Below are positions 38,887 to 47,865 of a stretch of 64,000 nt of DNA, in pieces; position 1 is the first letter of the stretch; each line of letters opens with the position of its first letter. Made by a program: the position numbers and the translations under genes. This DNA is from an uncultured Oscillospiraceae bacterium (GTDB lineage: Bacteria; Bacillota; Clostridia; Oscillospirales; Ruminococcaceae): the NCBI GenBank assembly GCA_904384225.1, contig CAJFJV010000005.1, positions 6,466 through 70,465 on the forward strand, read 5' to 3'. Under the pieces are notes generated by a model. It did no database searches, had not been told where the DNA came from, and saw nothing but the letters and a program-made list of their open reading frames with translations.

Positions 38887-40011
38887 TTATTCTATCTCCT
38901 GAACCAGCTCATCCTTCTGGGGCAGCACTTCTTCCAAAGCTTCCTCCTCCGGTTCCTCCGGAATATCGCTGCTGACAGGGCGGATATCAATTTTGTATCC
39001 GGTAAGCCGCGCCGCAAGCTTAGCATTTTGTCCCTTATTGCCGATCGCAAGCGACAGCTGATCGTCTGGTACTATCGCGCGGCAGGAGCGCTCCTCCGGA
39101 TTCAAGATATCCACACGGATAACGGAAGACGGAGCCAAAGCGGCCGCAATAAACTCCGCCGGATTCTCACTGTATTTGATGATATCAATCTTTTCCCCGT
39201 TCAATTCACGCACAATGCTCGCTACACGGGAATTTCGCTGTCCAATGCATGCGCCTACTGGATCGACATTGGGGTCTTTGCTGTAAACTGCTATTTTGGT
39301 CCGTGAACCTGCTTCGCGTGAAATAGATTTTACCTCAACGGTCCCTTCAAAAATTTCCGGAACTTCCATTTCAAACAGCCGTTTGACCAATTCTTTATGT
39401 GTACGCGTCACTTTAAGCGAACAGCGCCGATCCCCGTTTATGACATCGCTTACATATACTTTTATATTATCGCCTTCATGTAAAACCTCTCCGGGAATCT
39501 GCTCGCTTGCAAAAAGCATTGCTTCGTTTTTATCAATTGATACGGTGATATTTCCTGTCCGAGGTTCAATTTTCTGAACGCGCGCATTCACAATTTCGTG
39601 CAGCTTGTTCTGATATTGTTCCATCAGCTGCGCCTTAACTGCATCATTAATCCCTTGGTGGATCAGGTTTTTTCCGGACAAAGCCGCAATACGACCGATC
39701 TGCTTCGTATCAAGCTTCGTACTAAGCTTACCGCCTACACGCACGCGCTTATTTTTTTCCAGCGCATCTGCAAGGCTGATTTGTGTGGTTGGATCTTCCA
39801 CCTCTTCAACGATATCTTTGACAATCGCTACGCGAAATTTGCGCTCTGTGTTGTCAATTTCAACCTCAACATTATCTTCACCGACATTATAATACTTCCG
39901 CACCGCTACCGCAATTGCGTTTTTAATACTGTCAATAACAGCCTCCGCTTTGACACCTCTCTCCCGCTCAAGCGCTTCAAGCGCTTCAAACAGATCGTTG
40001 TTGTTTACCAT
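38887..40011 (-). CDS. nusA: Transcription factor NusA
   Basis: LFEMEVPEI, REAGSRTKIAV, GEKIDII, AIGNKGQNAKLA; start MVNNN after GAAAGGA. Confidence 0.96.
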   Translation of the reverse strand: MVNNNDLFEALEALERERGVKAEAVIDSIKNAIAVAVRKYYNVGEDNVEVEIDNTERKFRVAIVKDIVEEVEDPTTQISLADALEKNKRVRVGGKLSTKLDTKQIGRIAALSGKNLIHQGINDAVKAQLMEQYQNKLHEIVNARVQKIEPRTGNITVSIDKNEAMLFASEQIPGEVLHEGDNIKVYVSDVINGDRRCSLKVTRTHKELVKRLFEMEVPEIFEGTVEVKSISREAGSRTKIAVYSKDPNVDPVGACIGQRNSRVASIVRELNGEKIDIIKYSENPAEFIAAALAPSSVIRVDILNPEERSCRAIVPDDQLSLAIGNKGQNAKLAARLTGYKIDIRPVSSDIPEEPEEEALEEVLPQKDELVQEIE

Positions 40012-40059
40012 TTTAAGCCATTCCTTTCTATACTGCTGGTCAAATTTCATATCCAATGA

Positions 40060-40527
40060 TTAAAAAGCTGCAAACAGCCGTACCACTGCAACATCGCTCA
40101 ATCGGAACGCATATTCCCCATCTTCTGCCGAAAGATATACTGTCGAATCTTCCATATTGGAAAGGACGCCTGTAAAGTCTTTTCTTCCATTATAAGGGCG
40201 AATCAAACGCACTACGATTTGCTGTCCTTTGCAAGCGTCAAAATGCCAATCCTTTGTAAGCTCGCGCTCTATCCCCGCAGAGGAAACTTCCAGACAATAG
40301 CTCTGCTCAATAGGATCTGTTTCATCAAGCTTTTTGTCCAGTGGGCGCGACATCGCTTCACAGTCGTCAATTGAGACGCCGCCCTCTTTATCGATGATGA
40401 CCAAAAGCACCCACATTGCACCTTCTTTTTCAAAGCGGACATCCCATATCGTAAGGCCCAGCTCATCGGCAATCGGTTTGGCAAGCCCATATACAAATTC
40501 CGCAGTCTTATTCGTACTTCGTTTCAC
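40060..40527 (-). CDS. rimP: Ribosome maturation factor RimP
   Basis: IDKEGGVSIDDC..SR, Y.LEVSSAGIER.L. Confidence 0.95.
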   Translation of the reverse strand: MKRSTNKTAEFVYGLAKPIADELGLTIWDVRFEKEGAMWVLLVIIDKEGGVSIDDCEAMSRPLDKKLDETDPIEQSYCLEVSSAGIERELTKDWHFDACKGQQIVVRLIRPYNGRKDFTGVLSNMEDSTVYLSAEDGEYAFRLSDVAVVRLFAAF

Positions 40528-40550
40528 GCACTATCCTCCTATTAACAAAC

Positions 40551-40578
40551 GAAAGACTGGGAAGCTTCCCAGTCTTTC
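40551..40578 (-). ncRNA. rimP-leader hairpin (attenuator-like)
   Basis: 28-bp palindrome GAAAGACTGGGAAGCTTCCCAGTCTTTC between promoter and rimP SD, resembling the Firmicute rimP leader. Confidence 0.7.
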
Positions 40579-40609
40579 TACCTTTCTTTATTACTCATTA
40601 CTGTATCAT

Positions 40610-40638
40610 AGTATATCACAGTCTCATTAAGATTGCAA
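40610..40638 (-). promoter_or_regulatory. sigma-A promoter of the rimP-nusA-infB operon
   Basis: TTGCAA-17-TATACT with TG extension. Confidence 0.75.
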
Positions 40639-40798
40639 CTGTTTTTTTCAATTCATCCATATTTCAAGCATTGCTGAGAAGATCCGTGTTTTGCGGCCCG
40701 CCATCATGCGATTTCCCTTATCAAAACCACACACAAGCTATCTAACTGAGCTTTTCCAGCCTTTTCGAAGAAATTCGACGTATCCTGTGAATATTCTA

Positions 40799-40827
40799 TT
40801 GACTTTCAATGAAAAACAGGATATATT
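40799..40827 (+). promoter_or_regulatory. sigma-A promoter of potABCD
   Basis: TTGACT-17-TATATT. Confidence 0.7.
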
Positions 40828-41020
40828 GATTTTTGTTGTCTAAATGTCAAGCTTATAGAAGAAAAAGTACGTTCAAAGAGCTGTTTTATCCGGTATTTCC
40901 GTATTATATGGGCAGGTTATTCTATTATTCGTAGCCCTGCATGCAGCGCATTCGGTTTTGCCGGTTACACATAAAATTGTCTTGCTTTCGGACGTTTAAG
41001 CCCACAAAGGAGGAACCTGT

Positions 41021-42415
41021 ATGATCGATGAAAAACTGCTTGAACTTAAAAATATTTCTTTAAGTTATGGTCAGGATTGTATTTTAGACCATATCAATTT
41101 GTATATTAAAGACAGGGAATTCGTCACATTGCTGGGTCCATCCGGTTGCGGGAAGACGACTACGCTTCGTATTATCGGCGGATTTACTGAACCGGACGAA
41201 GGCGACATCTTTTTTGAAGGGAAGCGTATCAACGGCCTTCCCCCATATAAAAGAAAATTGAATACTGTCTTTCAGCGATACGCCCTCTTTCCTCATCTGA
41301 ATGTATTTGAAAATGTGGCCTTCGGTTTGAGGGTGAGCAAAATACCGAAAGAAGAAATTAAAAAACGCGTTATGAAAATGCTTGAAGTCGTTGATTTGAA
41401 AGGATTTGAAAAAAGACGCGTTACCAAGCTTTCCGGCGGGCAGCAGCAGCGTGTTGCAATTGCCCGCGCGCTTGTAAACCAGCCAAAAGTCCTTTTGTTA
41501 GACGAGCCTCTGGGCGCGCTTGATTTGAAACTGCGCAAGGAGATGCAGATTGAATTGAAGCGTATTCAGCAGCAGCTTGGCATTACATTTATTTACGTCA
41601 CGCACGATCAGGAAGAAGCGCTTTCCATGTCCGATACCATCGTAGTTATGAAAGGCGGCGAAATTCAGCAGATCGGCACGCCTCAAGACGTATATAATGA
41701 ACCGAAAAATGCCTTTGTTGCTGATTTTATTGGAGAAAGCAATATTTTTGACGCCATTATGGTAAAAGATTGTCTGGTGCATTTTTCCGGACAGGACTTT
41801 CCCTGTGTGGATAAAGGGTTTGGAGAAAATAAACCCGTAGATATCGTTCTCCGTCCGGAAGACGTCGAGCTTGTCGCGCCGGAGGACAGTATTTTAAACG
41901 GCGTTGTGACATCCGTCGTTTTTAAAGGTGTACATTTTGAAATGAATGTAAAGTGCAATGGACTCGACTGGACGATCCATTCCACAAAAGGCCATATCGT
42001 TGGAGAAACCGTTGGGATCCGTTTTGAGCCGGATGACATTCACATCATGAATAAAATGTTCAAAGACGCTACCAATTTTCTGGAAGGCGAAGTAATCGAA
42101 GAAAATACGGTTACCTTTTTGGGCATTTCTTTTAAACGAGAGAATCTTCCTTTCTCAATTGGGGATAAGGTACGCTTGGAAATCAGTCCGGATAATATTA
42201 AAGTCGTCTCATTGGATCATGGCGATCTGAAAGTATATCTTGAGTCCCTTATCTATAAAGGTGCGTATAACGAAATGATCGTCTATTCCATGGAACATGA
42301 TACTGAATTGATTCTGCATTCCATGCTTGACGAGCAGGTCGCAACAGATATCGGCATTCAATTTGACTTTCCCAATATCGTCATAGCACCACTGAAAGGC
42401 CAAACGGAGGTGTAA
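41021..42415 (+). CDS. potA: Spermidine/putrescine ABC transporter ATPase with extended C-terminus
   Basis: [40 protein letters not shown] domain. Confidence 0.93.
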   Translation: MIDEKLLELKNISLSYGQDCILDHINLYIKDREFVTLLGPSGCGKTTTLRIIGGFTEPDEGDIFFEGKRINGLPPYKRKLNTVFQRYALFPHLNVFENVAFGLRVSKIPKEEIKKRVMKMLEVVDLKGFEKRRVTKLSGGQQQRVAIARALVNQPKVLLLDEPLGALDLKLRKEMQIELKRIQQQLGITFIYVTHDQEEALSMSDTIVVMKGGEIQQIGTPQDVYNEPKNAFVADFIGESNIFDAIMVKDCLVHFSGQDFPCVDKGFGENKPVDIVLRPEDVELVAPEDSILNGVVTSVVFKGVHFEMNVKCNGLDWTIHSTKGHIVGETVGIRFEPDDIHIMNKMFKDATNFLEGEVIEENTVTFLGISFKRENLPFSIGDKVRLEISPDNIKVVSLDHGDLKVYLESLIYKGAYNEMIVYSMEHDTELILHSMLDEQVATDIGIQFDFPNIVIAPLKGQTEV

Positions 42416-42418
42416 GTA

Positions 42419-43234
42419 TTGAAAGGAAAAAAAGCGCTGGCTCTCCCTTACGTAGTCTGGAGTATTGCTTTTGTTCTGATTCCCCTTGCCTTGGTTTTAT
42501 TTTTTTCCTTTACGGATAAAGAGGGGAATTTCACATTTGAGAATATTTTAAAAATCGGAAAATACAGTAGTATCTTTGTAAAATCCATCAATCTTGCTGT
42601 TATTGCAACGCTGATCTGTTTTTTGATAGGTTATCCGCTTGCCTATATTATTTCCCGTTCACGCGAACATGTACAGCGTAACATGCTGCTTCTCATCATG
42701 CTTCCGATGTGGATGAATTTTTTGCTGCGCACCTATGGATGGATGACACTTCTCGAAAATGAAGGAATTATCAATAAGCTCTTAAGCCTTATCGGGCTGG
42801 GGCCCTTTCAAATGATCAATACGCAGGGTGCAGTCGTCCTCGGCATGGTATACAACTATTTGCCGTTCATGGTGCTTCCGCTTTACTCTATACTTGTAAA
42901 AATAGACAAATCCATTATTGAAGCTGCACAGGATCTGGGGGCCAACGGATTTAAAGTTTTAATTCGCATTCTCCTTCCGATGAGCCTTCCGGGCATTATT
43001 TCAGGTGTTACGATGGTCTTTGTCCCTTCGGTCAGTACCTTTATTATCTCCAGAATGCTCGGCGGCGGCAGCAATATGCTGATTGGCGATTTAATAGAAA
43101 CACAATTTTTGGGAGGCAATTATAACCCCTATCTCGGTTCGGCACTTTCACTTGTTCTGATGGTGGTGATGCTTCTTATTATGGCGGTTATGAATTCTCT
43201 GGAGGAAGACGATATGGAGGGGATGCTTGTATGA
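42419..43234 (+). CDS. potB: Spermidine/putrescine ABC permease
   Basis: LPMWMNFLLRTYGW, YNYLPFM, EAAQDLGA. Confidence 0.92.
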   Translation: MKGKKALALPYVVWSIAFVLIPLALVLFFSFTDKEGNFTFENILKIGKYSSIFVKSINLAVIATLICFLIGYPLAYIISRSREHVQRNMLLLIMLPMWMNFLLRTYGWMTLLENEGIINKLLSLIGLGPFQMINTQGAVVLGMVYNYLPFMVLPLYSILVKIDKSIIEAAQDLGANGFKVLIRILLPMSLPGIISGVTMVFVPSVSTFIISRMLGGGSNMLIGDLIETQFLGGNYNPYLGSALSLVLMVVMLLIMAVMNSLEEDDMEGMLV

Positions 43235-44031
43235 AAACCATCGGAAAGCGCTTGTATCTTGGGCTCTGTTTTCTTTTTCTGTATGCCCCGATTGCCATAT
43301 TGATTATATTCTCTTTTATTGAATCTAAAAACCGCGCTACTTTTACTGGCTTTACCTTTAAATGGTATCAGGCGCTTTTCCACAATGACCTAATCATGCG
43401 CTCATTGTGGAATACGCTGCTTGTGGCTGTAACGGCTTCAATATTGGCCACATTGTTTGGCACAATTGCAGCAGTCGGCATCAGCGGGATGCGTAAGCGC
43501 ATGCGCAGCGCCATGATGAATGTTACGTATCTCCCGGTTATCAATCCAGAAATCATCACCGGCATTTCTACCATGCTGCTTTTTGTCTATCTCAAGGAAG
43601 TACTGCATTTAGAACTTGGTTTTTTTACTGTTTTGATTGCACATATAACTTTCTGTCTTCCTTATGTCATTTTAAATGTCCTGCCTAAACTTAGGCAGAT
43701 GGATCCAAGCCTTTATGAAGCAGCCCTTGATCTTGGATGCGGCCCGTTCAAGGCATTCATAAAGGTTGTTGTTCCAGAAATACTTCCGGGCATTGCTTCC
43801 GGATTTTTGATGTCTTTTACCTTTTCCTTGGACGATTTTATTATAACCTATTTTACCAGCGGAAGTTCATTCTCCACGCTTCCCGTTACCATTTATTCTA
43901 TGACACGAATGAAAATCAATCCTCAGATAAATGCGCTTTCTACACTGATGTTCCTGTTTGTTCTGGTATTGCTGCTGTTAATGAATATACGCAAAAAAGG
44001 CCATCAAAGCACTGCGCGGAGGAGGGCTTAA
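43231..44031 (+). CDS. potC: Spermidine/putrescine ABC permease
   Basis: FLYAPI, GFTFKWY, EAALDLG, SLDDF, PQINALST. Confidence 0.92.
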   Translation: MKTIGKRLYLGLCFLFLYAPIAILIIFSFIESKNRATFTGFTFKWYQALFHNDLIMRSLWNTLLVAVTASILATLFGTIAAVGISGMRKRMRSAMMNVTYLPVINPEIITGISTMLLFVYLKEVLHLELGFFTVLIAHITFCLPYVILNVLPKLRQMDPSLYEAALDLGCGPFKAFIKVVVPEILPGIASGFLMSFTFSLDDFIITYFTSGSSFSTLPVTIYSMTRMKINPQINALSTLMFLFVLVLLLLMNIRKKGHQSTARRRA

Positions 44032-44032
44032 A

Positions 44033-45205
44033 TTGAAGATGAGAAAAACAGTATGCCTGCTATGTAGCCTGCTGACCTGCTTTGCTCTTTTTTCGGATTC
44101 TGTATCCGCTGCGCCTGAAACGCGGACTCTGCGGGTCTTTAATTGGGGAGAATATATTTCCGATGGAAGCGATGGATCCATGGATGTCATTCAGGAATTC
44201 ACGCGGCGCACCGGCATTCAGGTGGATTATCAAGTTTTTTCTACAAATGAAGAAATGTATGCAAAAATAATCAGCGGATCTGCCGATTATGACGTATTGA
44301 TTCCTTCCGATTACATGATCGGCAAAATGATCGATGAAGGCCTTCTTGCTAAGCTTGACTTTTCCAACATCCCGAATTACCGATACGTTGACGATGCATT
44401 CAAAAATTTAGAATATGACCCCACAAACGAATATTCCGTCCCCTATACTTGGGGAACTGTCGGCATTATTTACAACAAAACAAAGGTAACAGAGCCGGTC
44501 GATAGCTGGGACATCCTTTGGGATTCCAATTATGCCGGACAGATTTTAATGTTCAACAATCCCCGCGACAGCTATGGTATCGCGCTTAAAAAGCTTGGCT
44601 ATTCGCAAAACACAACCAACCGTGATGAGCTTGACCAAGCAACAGATGAACTGAAAAAGCAAAAGCTTCTCATACAGGCATATGTAATGGATGAAATTTT
44701 TCCAAAAATGACTGCTGGTGAGGCCGCACTTGCGCCATATTACGCCGGTGATGCTGTTACAATGATCGGGGATAATCCAGATCTGGATTTTGTTGTTCCG
44801 AAAGAAGGGACCAACCGCTTTGTTGATGCAATGGTCGTCCCGAAAAGTTCCCCAAATAAAGATTTAGCCGAACAGTTTATCAACTTTATGCTCGAAGAAG
44901 ATGTGGCGCTTGCGAATATCGAATATATCGGTTATTCTACTCCAATGAGCAATGTGAAAGCACGGCTGGACGAAGAAGTCCAAAACAGTTTCTCCTACCC
45001 GGATGACGAAGTTCTGTCCCGCTGTGAAACATTTGTCAATTTAGATGAAGAAACTACTGCATATCTGCAAGACAGTTGGACCGGCGTTTTGTCATATGGC
45101 GACAGCAGCATAGGCGATATTTTGTTTTTAGCCGTATTTTTCTTATTCTTAATCGGCATTGTTATCTATTTTACTGTCAAAAAGCACCGAAACCACACGA
45201 TCTAA
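44033..45205 (+). CDS. potD: Spermidine/putrescine-binding protein with C-terminal TM anchor
   Basis: FNWGEYI, NEEMYAK, PSDYMI, PYTWGTVG, PKEG; hydrophobic C-terminal helix followed by KKHR. Confidence 0.9.
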   Translation: MKMRKTVCLLCSLLTCFALFSDSVSAAPETRTLRVFNWGEYISDGSDGSMDVIQEFTRRTGIQVDYQVFSTNEEMYAKIISGSADYDVLIPSDYMIGKMIDEGLLAKLDFSNIPNYRYVDDAFKNLEYDPTNEYSVPYTWGTVGIIYNKTKVTEPVDSWDILWDSNYAGQILMFNNPRDSYGIALKKLGYSQNTTNRDELDQATDELKKQKLLIQAYVMDEIFPKMTAGEAALAPYYAGDAVTMIGDNPDLDFVVPKEGTNRFVDAMVVPKSSPNKDLAEQFINFMLEEDVALANIEYIGYSTPMSNVKARLDEEVQNSFSYPDDEVLSRCETFVNLDEETTAYLQDSWTGVLSYGDSSIGDILFLAVFFLFLIGIVIYFTVKKHRNHTI

Positions 45206-45220
45206 ACCATGCCATACATA

Positions 45221-45254
45221 GGAGCTATCTCGGAAATATCCGGGATAGCTCTTT
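45221..45254 (+). terminator. Terminator after potD
   Basis: GGAGCTATCTCGGA/TCCGGGATAGCTCT stem, then TT. Confidence 0.7.
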
Positions 45255-45256
45255 CC

Positions 45257-45285
45257 TTGACGTTCCATCTATAACGTAGTACAAT
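45257..45285 (+). promoter_or_regulatory. sigma-A promoter of the ABC exporter
   Basis: TTGACG-17-TACAAT. Confidence 0.7.
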
Positions 45286-45338
45286 AGTATAAAGAATTTT
45301 CAAGGAAATATATAGTAAAGATAAAAGGAGAGAGGATA

Positions 45339-47075
45339 TTGGTTAAACGATTTGCTTCCTATTACAGACCCCACATGCTTATGTTTTCTCTGGACATGCT
45401 GTGTGCACTCATTGCGGCGGGCTGCGACCTATTTTTTCCTATGATCACCGGAAATATCGTAGACGAATATATTCCACAGCAGAATCTTCGTTTATTGCTT
45501 ATCTGGAGTGCTGCGCTAATTGGTATTTTTATTCTAAAAGCTGGAATGAATTACTTTGTGCAGTATTACGGCCATTGTGTTGGTGTGCATATGCAGGCCG
45601 ATATGCGCCGCGAGATTTTTCATCATATGCAAAAACTGCCTTTCTCTTACTTTGATACGCATAAAACCGGTACCATTATGTCGCGGATTGTAAACGATTT
45701 GATGGATGTAACGGAACTTGCGCATCACGGCCCAGAAAATCTTTTTATTTCTGCTATCATGTTAATCGGAAGTTTCATCATTTTATGCAGTATCCATCTC
45801 TGGCTTACCATTGCTATTTTTGCCTTGGTTCCGCTTCTGATTCTGTTTGCTGCTAAGATGCGGAACCGTATGGGCCGTGCCTTTACACGAACCCGCGTTG
45901 AAATCGCAGAAGTCAATGCAGACTTGGAAAACAGTATCGCCGGCATACGCGTAGCAAAGGCTTTTACCAACGCGCCATATGAAGAGGTGAAGTTTGAAAA
46001 ATGTAATAGCGCGTTTCAGCGTGCACGTGAATTTGCCTATCGTACGATGGCAGAATTCCATTCCGGCATGGGACTGCTGACCGACCTTTTGAATCTTGCT
46101 GTGATGGTTGGCGGCGGCTTGTGCTGCTACTTTGGGGCTATTACGATCGGTGATTTCTTTAAATTTATGCTGTACATCAATCTATTTTTAACCCCAATTC
46201 GGCGCATCATCGATTTTATCGAACAATTTCAAAATGGGATGAGCGGCTTTAAGCGCTTCTGTGAAATTCTTGACACGCAGCCAGAGCCGGAACTCCCAGA
46301 TGCGAAGGAAGCTCCGCTTCTGCATGGAGATATCGCTTTTTGTAACGTCAGTTTCCAGTATGACGCGGACGATGACGAAGAAACGCCGACTGAAGTTCTT
46401 ACCGATATCAATCTGACAATTCCTTCCGGCAAAACTGTCGCTTTCGTCGGTCCTTCCGGGAGCGGGAAAACAACGCTTTGCCATCTGATTCCACGCTTTT
46501 ACGAAATATCCAGCGGTGTTATCACCATCGATGGAACAGATATCCGAAAATTCACCCGTGATTCCTTACGCCGCAACATCGGTATTGTACAGCAGGACGT
46601 TTTCCTTTTTACCGGCACAATCCGCGATAATATTGCTTACGGTAATCTTGATGCAGAAGAAGATGAGATTATTCAGGCAGCGAAGCTTGCCAACATCCAC
46701 GATTTTATTATGACATTGCCTAAAAAATACGATACTTTTATTGGCGAACGCGGGGTCAAGCTATCCGGAGGGCAAAAACAGCGTCTCTCCATTGCACGGC
46801 TCTTTTTAAAGAATCCTCCTATTTTGATTCTTGACGAGGCAACTTCCGCACTCGACAATGCTACCGAACAAATGATTCAGTCCGCATTGGATACATTAAG
46901 CCAAGACAAAACGACCTTGGTAGTAGCCCATCGCCTTTCTACAATTAAAAATGCAGATCAGATTATTGTTCTTACAGAAAAAGGAATTTTAGAGACCGGA
47001 ACTCATGAAGAGCTGCTCGCACAAAACGGCCTTTATGCATCGTTATACCGCTCTCAGTTTAAATCAATGAAATAA
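45339..47075 (+). CDS. ABC exporter, fused permease/ATPase (MsbA/Sav1866-type, YwjA-like)
   Basis: 6-TM domain, ELAHHGPE, GPSGSGKTT, LSGGQKQR, DEATSALD. Confidence 0.9.
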   Translation: MVKRFASYYRPHMLMFSLDMLCALIAAGCDLFFPMITGNIVDEYIPQQNLRLLLIWSAALIGIFILKAGMNYFVQYYGHCVGVHMQADMRREIFHHMQKLPFSYFDTHKTGTIMSRIVNDLMDVTELAHHGPENLFISAIMLIGSFIILCSIHLWLTIAIFALVPLLILFAAKMRNRMGRAFTRTRVEIAEVNADLENSIAGIRVAKAFTNAPYEEVKFEKCNSAFQRAREFAYRTMAEFHSGMGLLTDLLNLAVMVGGGLCCYFGAITIGDFFKFMLYINLFLTPIRRIIDFIEQFQNGMSGFKRFCEILDTQPEPELPDAKEAPLLHGDIAFCNVSFQYDADDDEETPTEVLTDINLTIPSGKTVAFVGPSGSGKTTLCHLIPRFYEISSGVITIDGTDIRKFTRDSLRRNIGIVQQDVFLFTGTIRDNIAYGNLDAEEDEIIQAAKLANIHDFIMTLPKKYDTFIGERGVKLSGGQKQRLSIARLFLKNPPILILDEATSALDNATEQMIQSALDTLSQDKTTLVVAHRLSTIKNADQIIVLTEKGILETGTHEELLAQNGLYASLYRSQFKSMK

Positions 47076-47099
47076 GCCACATCCCCTATCAAATTATTG

Positions 47100-47127
47100 T
47101 TGACATACATGTGTAATATGCTATAAT
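47100..47127 (+). promoter_or_regulatory. Consensus sigma-A promoter of the NimA-like/MATE cassette
   Basis: TTGACA-16-TATAAT with TG extension. Confidence 0.8.
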
Positions 47128-47148
47128 ATTCGAGGTAAAATTGCATAA

Positions 47149-47252
47149 TCGTTTTCTGCCGCCGGGTAGGCTTCAAAGCATTGGGTTCATATCGATAGGC
47201 CATAGGAGATATGAATTCAATGCTTTATCTGTTTTTCGGCCAATAAAACGAA
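47149..47252 (+). ncRNA. Candidate cis-regulatory leader RNA
   Basis: 19-bp stem (47175-47193/47208-47226, two G-U pairs) nested in outer TCGTTTT/AAAACGA and GCCG/CGGC pairings. Confidence 0.55.
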
Positions 47253-47324
47253 AACCCCGCTTGGGTTCTAATAGCAAACAGTTTTAAATAACCGAACAAA
47301 TTTTTATTTTAAGGAGTGTTGGAT

Positions 47325-47828
47325 ATGTTTCGGGAAATGCGCCGTAAATCACAAGCATTATCTTTTGATGAATGTGCTGAAATTTTAAACCGCGGTACAT
47401 CAGGTGTGCTGGCTTTGTCCGGTGACAATCAATATCCCTATGCCGTACCGCTTAGTTATGTATATGACAATACTAAAATTTATTTTCACTGCGCCCAAGA
47501 AGGACATAAAATAGATTCTATCCTTCGGAACGCCAAGGCGTCTTTCTGTGTGATTGATCAGGATCAGATTATTCCCGAAAAATATACTACTTATTTTCGA
47601 AGTGTTATTGCATTTGGAACAATCCGCATCTTACATGACAGTGAGCAAAAAAGAACGGCAATCGAGAAACTAACCCAAAAATATGTACCCAACGGCGGTA
47701 TTTCTAATCTGAAACAAGCAATTGATCAGGAATGGGAAGGCTTATGTATGTTAGAGATGGCGATAAAACATTTAACCGGGAAAGAAGCTATTGAGCTGGC
47801 AAAACGCAAAACAAAGCCGGGCGTTTAA
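47325..47828 (+). CDS. Pyridoxamine 5'-phosphate oxidase-like / NimA-family protein
   Basis: MFREMRRK, GVLAL.GD..YPYAVPLSY, IYFHCA.EGHK, YFRSVI.FG; SD AAGGAG. Confidence 0.88.
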   Translation: MFREMRRKSQALSFDECAEILNRGTSGVLALSGDNQYPYAVPLSYVYDNTKIYFHCAQEGHKIDSILRNAKASFCVIDQDQIIPEKYTTYFRSVIAFGTIRILHDSEQKRTAIEKLTQKYVPNGGISNLKQAIDQEWEGLCMLEMAIKHLTGKEAIELAKRKTKPGV

Positions 47829-47865
47829 TCCTACGGTAACTGCACATGATTTCTGGGAGGCATTT

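Noticed and set aside
40707-40844. 45-codon plus-strand ORF between rimP and potA
   Set aside because: No SD and it runs across the potA promoter
47293-47305. CGAACAAATTTTT as a LexA box before the NimA-like gene
   Set aside because: The right half-site lacks the conserved G and it lies far downstream of the promoter
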